64,000 nucleotides of DNA from the human T2T-CHM13v2.0 reference genome, Homo sapiens. The translations under genes were made by a program, and so were the position numbers. The notes under the pieces are model-generated. The model was not told the DNA's origin. It ran no database searches and saw nothing but the letters and a program-made list of their open reading frames with translations. The stretch lies in NCBI RefSeq assembly GCF_009914755.1, contig NC_060939.1; one strand, given 5' to 3'. Shown in pieces: positions 1 through 10,822 of this stretch (its first letter is position 1; each line of letters starts with the position of its first letter).

Positions 1-1039
1 ACAATGGGTATCGATTACTTGCATTAAAAATTAAGAATTTAATACACAGATTAAAAGTAAAACTGTCTCCTACCGCAGCAAGTAATGTAATGGAGTGACA
101 ATTATGACATCTATGGAAAAATATGAAAAATATTTGTCCTGTGTTTAAAATCTGAACCTTGATGCACAATGTGATCATAACCTTATAAAATATATATGAT
201 CTGGACAGAGTCTGAAAGGTAACATGCAAAACAAGCATTTTGTGTGAAATCGTGAATAATTTTCTCTTTGCAAACTTTTATTTAATATCTTTTCACTGCT
301 TTTTCAAGGATGCAGTTTAGTATTTATGGGTTATTATTACATGCAGCTATTTCACCTTTCAGTAATATTTATGAAAATGTAACGTGACAGTGAATTACAT
401 GAGAAAATAGCATCCTATAAATATGCTACCTTGCCACTAAGAAAGGTCACTTTGGCTATAAAAAGTTACAATGAAGAGGGCCATGTATTTAGGCTATGCT
501 GATTAGTTTCCAATTTCTATCATTTCAGGTATGTAAATTATTGCTGAAAACATGGTTTATGTTTGTGGTAAATGAAATTTATGTCGCCGGATGAATTGGC
601 TTCACTGCTGGAAATCTGTACTGTTATTCCAAGCAGAGTCTCGCTGCTGGGAGACAAGAAATGAAATCTCAGTTTTCAATATGCTTTTCAAATGAAGGCA
701 ATCATTAAATATAGCCCATTGGTATTGTATATTTAAAGCCAACAAAATAAGAGTTTTTGTTTGTTTGTTTGTTTAGTTTGTTCTTTTAGCTGGGCCCACA
801 TGGGCCTCAGTACCAGTATACCTGGGGGTCTCTAAATTTCACCTGACCTATTGAACACTAATATTTCCAAACACTGATATTTCCAAACTGATATTTGCAG
901 GACCAAGCCACTGCAAAAGAGAATTCCTATAAAACCTCCTGTGAAGTTGCTTCTCTTTATCTGTTGATCTTATGATGCTGAAAATAGGGGAAAGTTCGAC
1001 GCATTTGTTTTCACGACTTCTTCTTCAGGGGGTGATAGG

Positions 1040-1588
1040 TGTGGAGAGAAGAGTTAACAAAGCAGGCATGAGGAGGCTATGTTTAGAAGGGTCTGTCTGC
1101 AAGGGTGGGGGTCTTGGCCGACACCTGGGAACTTGGTACTTGTCCCATTCTCTAAGAAATCAGAGTGGTTCACTCTGCGTAGATTGTTTGCACAAACAAT
1201 GTGATTTATGCCGAACACCTGCTTAGTTCTGGGAATCTAGAAGAGCGGTACTTGCTAGTCAGAGGGTGCTTCTGTGACCATACCCCAATAAAAACCCTGG
1301 ATGCTGACTCCATAATGGGATCCCCAGGCAGAGACATTGCACACAGTACTGTACTTTCAGTTGCTGGAGAAAGGAACATGCTCAGTTGTGTCCCATCACA
1401 GGAGGGAATGGGTATAAGGAAGCCTGGCATTGATTTCTCTGCCTGTGTCTTTCCCTTATGATCCAGCTGTGTATTCTTACTATGTGGCTATAATAAACTC
1501 CAGCTTTGAGTACAACTGTTTGCTGAGTCCCGTGACTCCCTCTAGCAAATCTCTGAAGGTGAGAGTAATCTTTGGGATCCCTGAAACA
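1040..1588 (+). mobile_element. Solo LTR, MER21/MER68-like (ERVL)
   Basis: TG...CA termini. Starts TGTGGAGAGAAGAGTTAAC, resembling the MER21/MER68 5' end. Internal AATAAA on +. Degenerate 5-bp flanks ATAGG/GTAAG. Confidence 0.75.
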
Positions 1589-1834
1589 GTAAGAAATATG
1601 TTAGTCCTGCCTCTTTCCCCTCATCCCTCCAGCCCCACCACTCTGCTTATAGTCAAAGATTTGGGAGTAATTCTCAAATACAGACATGGTTTCTAAGAAA
1701 GGCCTGGGATTCCAACCGTTTTGAACTGGTGTGCCTCCACTGAGGCTTCACTCTCATGCAGCCAAGTAATTTTACTTTTGAACAAGTGCAAGATTGCATG
1801 TTTTTAAATGGAGTTTAAAAGTAGTTAAAATTTG

Positions 1835-2130
1835 GGCCAGGTGCGGTGGCTCACACCTGTAATCCCAGCACTTTGGGAGGCCGAGGTGGGTGGATCACAA
1901 GGTCAGGAGATCGAGACCATCCTGGCTAACACGGTGAAACCCCATCTCTACTAAAATAAAAAAAATTAGCCGGGCATGGTGGCCGGCGCCTGTAGTCCCA
2001 GCTGTTCAGGAGGCTGAGGCAGGAGAATGACGTGAACCTGGGAGGCAGAACTTGCAGTGAGCCGAGATTGTGCCACTGCAGTCCAGCCTGGGCGACAGAG
2101 CGAGACTCTGTCTCAAAAAAAAAAAAAAAA
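1835..2130 (+). mobile_element. AluY, full length
   Basis: Dimeric Alu with AluY diagnostics (GAGATCGAGACCATCCTGGCTAACACGG, CTTGCAGTGAG), poly-A tail and TSD TTAAAATTTG at 1825-1834 and 2131-2140. Confidence 0.97.
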
Positions 2131-2319
2131 TTAAAATTTGAAGGGCTGGACCAAATAGGCCGAATAAATAAATCATTAGCTGAGTAAAGTAATAGTGTTG
2201 AGTTTTTGTTTTGACTCCCAAAAGAAATTGCAAAGTCCTTTCCATTTCTTTAGGGTTCTTTGCCCAATTTGATCATTTAGGAGGGACTGGAAGAGGGTGT
2301 AGGACTCTTCCACAATGCT

Positions 2320-2700
2320 TCAGCCATGCTTTTCTTCTCTCTGCAACACTGTATCCTTATGCCTCAGGGCTTTTAAACATGCTGTTTCCTCTGCCTGGGA
2401 CAATATTCCACCCACTCTACTTGCTTAATCCTACCCATCCTTCAGCCTTTTACTAAAAGCTGCTTCTTAAGGGAAAGGTTTCCTGCAAATGTGGCTAGAT
2501 ATTCTTATTTTAGATTCTGCTTTTATTCTGCACTTTGTTTTCAGAGCACCTATCAATTAGATGCTTACTTGCTTGATGTCCGTTTCCCCCATTTGATCGT
2601 AAATTTGCTGAAAAAAGGTTAGTGTCCATCTTCTTAATTGTTGCATCCCTAGAACCTAGCACAGAGCCAGGCACGTGGTAAGCCCTCAAAAAAAAAAAAA
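2320..2700 (+). mobile_element. L2 3' end fragment
   Basis: Typical L2 3' motifs (CTCTGCCTGGGA; CCTAGCACAGAGCCAGGCACGTGGTAAGCCCTCAA). Confidence 0.7.
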
Positions 2701-2758
2701 AATCGAAGTCAAATAAAGGAATGAAGAGACTCTGTCTGGGTCTCGTTGCATGCGTCAG

Positions 2759-3270
2759 TGTCTTAGGGTGAACCTTTCCAAATAAACGACTTGTGCTCCA
2801 CTCTTATTTCAAGGTACCTATGATTATACCTTGAAATAAGGCTGGAGCACAAGTCGTTTATTTGGAAGGATTCCAGGAAGCACCGTAGGGAAGTGGGGAA
2901 GTGAGGAAGAGAAGGGAAGGAAGCCAACCTTGGGAGGGTGAGCGGCAGGTCACTCTGTGGGCAGATGGGACTTGATCCTTCTTCAGGCCTCTGAGAGACA
3001 GTGGAGAACATGCCTCAGAGTTGTTCTAACTGAGGGGTGAGGAATTGGGTATTTATTCACTAAACCTCTTTTATTTTAGTTGAAGGCTACTCCCTGCATC
3101 ATTAACTCTCTGCCACTTCCAGCCTTTGCCACTTGGAGGCCTAACAGGCTCCTGTGGGTAGAGAAGCCCCTTACACAGAGAGTAGAAAATGCTTGTAATA
3201 GCAGGAGATCCGACACTACTGGAATGGCATTGAGGGGTTATGAGTGGGTCATCCACAGTATCTACTATGG
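2759..3270 (-). mobile_element. Old ERVL LTR, LTR16/LTR33-like
   Basis: The motif TTTATTTGGAAGGATTCCAGGAAGCACCGTAGGGAAGTGGGGAAGTGAG...GGAAGGAAGCCAA is typical of this group in antisense. Confidence 0.6.
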
Positions 3271-4334
3271 TCAGAAACCCAACTGGATGAAATCGAAGCA
3301 AGTAGAGTATAGTATAATGCCAGTATAATTATATCACATGTTGAAAAGACAGGAAGAAAATAAAACCTATGCATATATGCAGTTGTAATTATTGTTCAAG
3401 TATGTTTTAGGAAGCCTACAAGGGCATGGGATTGCACAAGAAGCTAGCACACTACAGATACATAGCTGTGGCAGGAAGAAAGCTCATGTTGGCTGTAGAT
3501 TTGGAAATTCTGAAAACAGGCTCCTCTAAGAGCCCTGAATGAATGGCTGCTACCACCTCATCTCTGTCACATGGAACCAGCTCTATCAAGAGAGATACTG
3601 CCAACAGCATTTGTCTTTGACTCGGTTTTTGTGTAACTGCTTAAACATTTTTCAGGGAACAGTTCTGCAAGGCAGATGTGAACAGGTAGAATCTATATAA
3701 CAGCTGACTTGAGTTAAATGAGGAGCTGAAACTTCCCAGGACTGAAAGAAACCTGCTGATTATTGTCGCATAACCGTGATTTGCTTTCAGAACTTCAGCA
3801 TAAAAATCAAGTGAACTTTTTCCATACCTATTGACCCTCCTCCCCTCAGTGTAGTGGTTATATTTCTATAGAAAGGTTGTTGGAAAGACCACAGGAACCA
3901 TGCTGAGAACCTACATAACATGTATGAAAATGCAACATGCTTTAAGCCAATTCTGGGAAGAAAGGGAGAAAGACTCATATTAAAAAATAGGGGGAGGAAA
4001 TAGGAAGAGCTTATTATTGATAGGGAGGGAAGCAGGGTGCTGCAAACTTTGAGAATGAGCCCACTTGAGCCCATTATGGTTGAGAAGGAGCAACTCAAGG
4101 AAAATTCGACAACAAGGGGTGATTGTTTGGTAGGATTCAGGACTGGGAACTCCACTGTGTATTTTAGGCTTTGCATGTTGGTCGTTTGGTAAATTCTCAG
4201 AGCCGCTATTGGATGCTGGCGCAGGATGACAAGCTTGAATTCTAAGCCAGGCAAATTCACAATCTTGGACCCTTGGGCTGCAACATGGCATTTCCTGTTG
4301 GTTTTTCTGATCTACTTCAGGGACAGAAAACAAG

Positions 4335-4560
4335 CAGCTACTGAGCAAGGACTGTGTGCCAGATACAATGCGAGGCATTCTATGATACGATATCTCAATT
4401 AGTACATCCAGCAGCCCTATGAGATAGATGTTGACATCCCCTTTTCAAATGAAGACACAGAGACACAGGATCAAACAATTTTCCTATGGTCATCCACCTG
4501 CTAAATAACAGAGCCAGGCTCAGTTATGTCAGGCTCCAAAGTTTGTGTTCTCTGCACCAT
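4335..4560 (-). mobile_element. MIR
   Basis: MIR core in antisense (CCCTATGAGATAG...TTTTCAAATGAAGACACAGAG...GGTCA...CAGAGCCAGG). Confidence 0.75.
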
Positions 4561-5399
4561 CTTGTGTGGCACAGGTTACCACTCCATTCTCTTGTGACCC
4601 TGGGAAGTTAGTTCAAGTGTTACTGTCCTCATTTTCCATGTTGGGAAATGTGGAAAGTAAGATATTCAACACTGCTTGGCAGTAACTCCCACGCGGAGTA
4701 AAATGGTCCTTTGTAGTGGCATGGTGCCAACCCTATGATGAGCTGAGACAGTAGGGAAGAAAGGAAGTTATTACAGGGTACACAAGCTTTTCGATAGAAT
4801 TCAACATTGTTTAAAATATTTTCAGTACAGCCAAAAAGAGAGATGGGAGAAGCAGAAAAATCGGAGTATGTAGTAATCTGAGTCCAGTGATCTGAAAGAG
4901 AGAGACAATTTACATGTTATGTTCCAACTTTCCATGTGGTTTAGATTGGCCCAGACTGTATACCTTTGGTGTTTAGGTGTGGGAGCAAGGGGTATGGAAC
5001 ACCCTGTTTTCCATCAGGTTGAGTCACAAGTTGTCACTTTGGCTGCTGAGCTGATTTTCTCCTTGGTATCTCTTTGAAGTGTTATCCTGTGAAAAGAACT
5101 GTAATTTCAGGGGAAGAATTCTTTCCTCCATTCTATGAGATTCTTGGCTGAAGCCACAAACTAATTTGATTCTGAAATGATGCTGTATAGAAGAGCTCAT
5201 CTCTTAATCTCTGGGGCTTTTACCAACCAAACATGTGCTGATTCTGTTTTTCACAAGTCAAGCTCATTTCTAAATAATGTAGCAACCAGTTAGGACAATC
5301 ACAAGAGGGAGAGAAATTGATTTTGAAAGCCAGTTCTGAGAGATGAATGGAAATAAATTTGGAATGTGAAAGGTAAGGAGAGCCAGATGGACATACAGT

Positions 5400-5565
5400 A
5401 TAATGCCAGACATGAGGAGTTTTAAAAAATGCTGATGCAAAAAAAAACACATACTGATACCCGGGTCCCAATCTTAGAGGGTCTGACTTAATTGGTATGG
5501 TATGGGGTGCAATCTTGGCATTGAGGTTTTATAAGCTCATTGAAGTTTGAGAACCTCTGGGCTAG
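5400..5565. mobile_element. MER5-type hAT-Charlie fragment
   Basis: TCTGACTTAATTGGTATGG...GGCATTG...AAGTTTGAGAACCTCTG resembles MER5A/B. Confidence 0.6.
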
Positions 5566-6284
5566 ACAATACCGTGTGTTATTCCAAGGACTGTGAACTT
5601 TAGAGGAAAATCAAGAAAATGTGCTCAGTTACACAAAGATGGTGTGTGATTTTAAAATTTGATTGTGGAAAACTAGTGCCCGTGCTTATAGCTGTGTACA
5701 CATCAAGGTGTGACTTTTCATATCAGTCACAAACATGGGGACGTAGCTGGAGCCTTTTCCTTCAGCAGTAGCCTGATTATGGGAAGACATTTCTAATGCA
5801 GAGATGATGCTTTATGTTTTATTCTTTCTAACCCACAGTCCCTGGAGCACTGCTATGTTTGTGATAGTTTCTTAAAAACCGAAACTTAAAATGGAACCAC
5901 TTAGTGGTCTTTTATTTTTATCATCTGCTACATAACGCAAGGCACATACGTACTTCAACACTGGGCATTTCTGAAATGTCAGCCCGGGCTCTAGGATGAC
6001 TGACAGGCAATCCAGAGAGACAGAGCCTAAAATTTGAGCTGGTAATGAATCTGGGCCAGACCCAGTGACTGACAGCCTTCCCGTGACACAGGCAGGCACT
6101 CTGCTAAGTAAGTCCTTCCACTGTGCCTGGAGCCCCGTGTTTGTCAGCCATTCTAGAAATCATATCTGGGTGCTCTGTGCAATGATGAACATGGACGTGG
6201 TTCACTCTGGGGCTTCTCCCTGTTAAATCCTCTCTGATTAGCTGAGTGATTTATCTTAGGGACTGCTTGCCTTGAAAGTGACTT

Positions 6285-6467
6285 CACTTAGCCCTCTGTA
6301 GTTGCGGAGCATTGGTTCCAGGACCTCCCACAGATTCCAAGATCCATGGATGCTCAAGTCCTTTACATAAAATGGCATAGCATAGTTGACCCTCAGTATC
6401 CATGCGTTCTGCCTCTGCAGATTCAACCAACTGCAGATGGAAACCCACGCATACAGAGGGCCGACTG
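6285..6467. mobile_element. MER2-type Tigger MITE
   Basis: Terminal inverted repeats CACTTAGCCCTCTGTA / TACAGAGGGCCGACTG and internal TTGGTTCCAGGACC...GATGCTCAAGTCC. Confidence 0.85.
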
Positions 6468-7046
6468 TTTTTATCTGTCCTGCTGTGCCTGCCCACTTTG
6501 GATATCTGGCCCGAGTGAGTGGGTGAGTCTTCATCCACCTGTGCTGTCATTCAGGGACACAGACACTTCGGATTCATGCCGGTGACTTTTCCATAGTGGC
6601 TGAAGAGAAGCAGGTGTTGTCTGAAGGATCTTACATTCAGGGGCCGGCCCACTTGAGTGATTATGAAAGCTGGACCTATTCTGGCCCAGAATAGTATACT
6701 TCACTGAGAGAGAGCCCTGCACAGGCCTTCTTGACAACTGCCGAATTTACATTAAGAGCCACAGAATATATCCCGTCTGTGTGAGTGAAGTGAAGCACCT
6801 TCCAAACCCGTCAGTGTTTTGTGGTTGACACCCTGCATGTCATCTCCCACCTGTGCCCAACAGTGACAATTGTGGTTGTCACCTGAATGGTCTTCTGGCC
6901 TCTGCCTGCCCACCCGAGGGACACTTCCTCTGCTCTTGAGTGAAGTAATGAGACTTATCCCAAGTTCTCCAATTTCTAATCTTCTCAACTTTTCTGTCTT
7001 TAGATGAGAGATCTCAAGCCCCGGGGATCCCTTGGTCAGACAGATA

Positions 7047-7125
7047 CTAGGTTGGTGCAAAGGTAACTGGGGTTTTGCCATTGCTTTCAGTGGCAAAAAC
7101 TGCAGCTGCCTGTGTACAAATCTAA
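7047..7125. mobile_element. MADE1 (Hsmar1-derived 80-bp MITE), diverged
   Basis: TAGGTTGGTGCAAA...TTTTGCCATTGCTTTCAGTGGCAAAAAC...TCTAA imperfect palindrome preceded by TA. Confidence 0.85.
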
Positions 7126-7562
7126 TGCATGAGTGAAACAGGCTGGCCTCGGAGATAGTGGGAGTGCTGAAGACTGTGACAAACTGGAGGGCTGGTGACC
7201 CATCTGCAGAGGATACCTGCCACTCAGCTCCAGCCAGTTGGTGGTTACCGTCAGTGAGATAACAAGTGACCCAGGTCTAGGGAGATTTTTACCTCTCACT
7301 CATAGATATCCTGGGCTACAGGAAAGGAGATTTAGAGAGGGCCTTTTCTCCTTCAACCCCGCTTTATAGACTGAAACCCAGAAGAGTAATGCTTACATGA
7401 CCAAATAACACAAGCCAACCTCTTTATTTTTCTGGTAATGAAACAAAGCCAGTCATATTTTATTAATACTTCTGTAATAAAGGCAAAAAATAACATCTGC
7501 AGAAAAATTGGAGCTTCTATATGCCAGAGAAGGCAACAATACATTTGATTTTTGTTATATAT

Positions 7563-8495
7563 TGTTAACTGAAAAAATTACAATGTATAAATTTAGAAAA
7601 GGAGAAGAAAGAAAATTTATTTCTTATAAAGGGTTACAACCTGTAAGGTGCCCATCCCCCAGGCTGGGAAAACATACCTCCAGCCAAGACCAGAGACAGG
7701 AACTTTGAAGGAGGAGGGGTAGGGATAGGACTTTATGCTGAACAGGTTGGCTAAATGTACATATTCAGCAGGTTACAAAAGGAGCTATGAATATTCATAA
7801 AGGTGATACGGACACAAGCATATTAAACAAACATGCATGTTAACATATGACCCACGTTCACTTTGGAGTGGAGCCTTAACATTTCAATGTCTTACAACTA
7901 GGCCCTATGCATCAAAAGGTCTTTTCAGGACACAAAGACACACAGGTACAAAATCTGTGTAAACTGGCATAGACCAGTGCATGGTCAGTGGTCTCTTTTC
8001 AGGAGAAAGTTACTGAAAGCAGTCTCTTGTCCAATCAGAGCCGTAGTCATGGCTGGTGGAACAGGGGCATCGTCTGTGATTTAGGCAGCATCTGTGAGCT
8101 GGATGAGCTGTAATTGTTCTAATATTGCTTATCTGGAGAACAGTTCTTGTTTTGCTGCCAGAGAAAAAGAAAAACCTTTTGGCAGTGAGAATCATAGTTT
8201 ATTCTTTAGGTGTGGGGTGTGTGACTTAACCCTTGCCTGGCCTTAGGTCTTGTTTATAATTTGGTATCTTATTGCCACTGAGAGGCTATTCTGTCAGTCT
8301 TACGATCTCTATTTTAATATTAATTCTGGCCAGTTGTTGTGTCTAAACCACAGAAGAGGGGGGTGTAATGAGGCCTATTTGATCTCCCATCCCATCATGG
8401 CCAGAAATTCAGTTTTTTTCTGGGCTCCCTTTGTCCACAAGGGGGTCTGTGGCCCATCAGTTGTTTGGAGCTTAGGATTTTATTTTTAGTTTACA
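7563..8495 (-). mobile_element. Solo LTR, ERV1 MER4 group (MER4D/MER49-like)
   Basis: The reverse complement starts TGTAAACTAAAAATAAAATCCTAAG (MER4-group 5' end) and ends AACA. About 930 bp, with flanks TATAT/AATAT. Confidence 0.8.
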
Positions 8496-9564
8496 AATAT
8501 CACAAGCCTGGTATGCCAAATATAAAATCTATGTAATAATATATTTCAATTATTTTCTACAGTCCCAGCGAGATAAAATACTCAACTTGGGGCTTCTTTG
8601 AAGAATGATCTGATATAAATTTAAAGTAGCTTTAAATAAAATGGATGATGAACACACAACATTGACAGAAATGAACTACCTTTTTCCAAGGATTTTTTCA
8701 GAGTTGCAAAGATCGTGTAAGGTCAATGGTCAAAGCAAAGTTGCTAAGTTTTTATTAGAAACCGTCAGGGTGGCCATCCATCCACAATGCTGTGGGTATC
8801 AGGCGCACCATTCTTAGTGCAGTAAGCAGTGCGAGGAACTCCTGACTTTGTCGCATCTTTACTCTAAAGAACATAAACAGTGAATTCTGAGTGGGGAAAG
8901 TGAATGGTGTTCGGCAACTTCACAGTCAGAAATAGGAGGTCTGAGACAGATGGGTTAAATGATTAGGTCATAGTGAATTTTGGCAGTATTAAAATGTGCT
9001 AGTCTGACAGAATGTCTTCAATTAGTCAGTGTATCTATACTTATTTTACTGTGTGTAAAACAAGAAATTTCTCCACGCATGGGATTTCAGGGAGTTTTGT
9101 TTTGGAGAGGAATTTTTCCCACTCTCTTCTCTCCCAGGTGGGTGGAGGGTGGAGCTTTGGTCTCCTCTTGTGAGTGGTGTCATGTGGTTAGGCACACAGC
9201 AAAGCAGCGGAGGTGGGAAGGGACCAGGAGGTTGGGGGGTGATGGGTGTTGCAGACCCACAGTGCAGAGCCGAGCTGCGTTCCTGGCTCTGAGGAGAGCG
9301 AGGCTCTGGCCTGGAGGGACTCGTTCACATGGCGAGCTGAGCATGTCTCTGACAGCCTGGGTACCTGGGTGCGGGGTGCACCTGCCAGGTGTCATCTCAC
9401 AGGGCGTGCCGAGAATGAGCCTCTCAGATTGTGGGGGCATTGCCTGGTTCTCTAGGTTGAATGTTTTGTTTCCTCAAACTGTACCATTAGATGTTAATCC
9501 AGAATCCTGGATTTATACAAGGGCCAGGATTTAAATAGAGGACCAAGACTCCTAATAGCAGAGA

Positions 9565-9720
9565 CACCATGGTAAAGAGCACAGGCTTAAGAATCCATCA
9601 CACCTAGGGCCAAATCCTGGCATTACCTTTGACAAGTGACCCTTTTTTTTAAGTCTCTGCCTCTTCATTTTTGAAATGGAGCTAAACCATTGTAAGACTC
9701 ATATGACATCATTTGTATTT
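9565..9720 (+). mobile_element. MIR fragment
   Basis: GGTAAAGAGCACAGGC...AAATCCTGGC...CTCTGCCTCTTCATTTTTGAAATGG. Confidence 0.6.
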
Positions 9721-9843
9721 GCTTGCTAGCCAATTTAAAGGACAGCATTTATAGCGCTATTAAGTTCTGCATTGTTACATTTCAATAGACTCGCTGAGCC
9801 AGAACCAAGCTCTCTTCTCCTAAATTAAAAAAGTGAACCCTGA

Positions 9844-10261
<418 letters not shown>

Positions 10262-10344
10262 CTATATCTATAGTTATAGCTGTAGCTATAAATAAATGTA
10301 TGGAAATATGTGTGTATACATATATGTATATGTATATACATACA

Positions 10345-10680
10345 ATCAAATCCTAAGTCTTCCTTTTTAATAACTTCTAAAATCTAGGTAGGACAGACAT
10401 AGAAGTGCACATACCACAACAGAGCACCTCAATGAATTACTACACAGTCCAGACTCCACTCAGCTCAAGAAATGGAATGTTACTGAAATCACCAAGCCCT
10501 TCTCATGCCCCTCCCCTCTTCTTCTGACTCCTTTCTCGCAAGGAAAACACTAAGCTGACTTCTTATCTCATGGATAAATTTTGCATGTATTGAAATTTAT
10601 TTAAGTAAAATCATGTATATATCCTTTTGTGTCTGGCTTCTTTCACTCAGCCTTATATTTGTCAGAGTCAAGCACGTTAA
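10345..10680 (-). mobile_element. Old L1 (L1ME-like) 3' end fragment
   Basis: Antisense L1M 3'UTR motifs (TTTTGTGTCTGGCTTCTTTCACTCAGC), preceded by TA-rich low-complexity sequence. Confidence 0.65.
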
Positions 10681-10695
10681 TTCATATCCTAACAC

Positions 10696-10822
10696 TATGG
10701 TCACCATATGTAAACTGGGACCATCCCGGTTTATACTACCGTTTTGGCATAATTACTGATAGCACACCTTTTCACTGTTGAAAGTGTCCCGATTTGGAAA
10801 ATAAATGGAATGATCAACCCTA
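10696..10822. mobile_element. MER94-like hAT-Blackjack MITE
   Basis: TIR-like ends TATGGTCACC / GATCAACCCTA, internal GTGTCCCGATTTGG, and an 8-bp TSD CCTAACAC/CCTACCAC. Confidence 0.8.

Noticed and set aside
3787-4378. Overlapping 157-aa and 132-aa minus-strand ORFs
   Set aside because: No recognisable homology, non-ATG starts, and one begins within a MIR.
7047-7125. miR-548-type hairpin from MADE1
   Set aside because: The arms carry many mismatches, and there is no evidence of processing from sequence alone.
8980-9534. 184-aa + strand ORF, the longest in the track
   Set aside because: Starts at TTG, has no recognisable domain or splice context, and its length is compatible with chance in a GC-richer patch.
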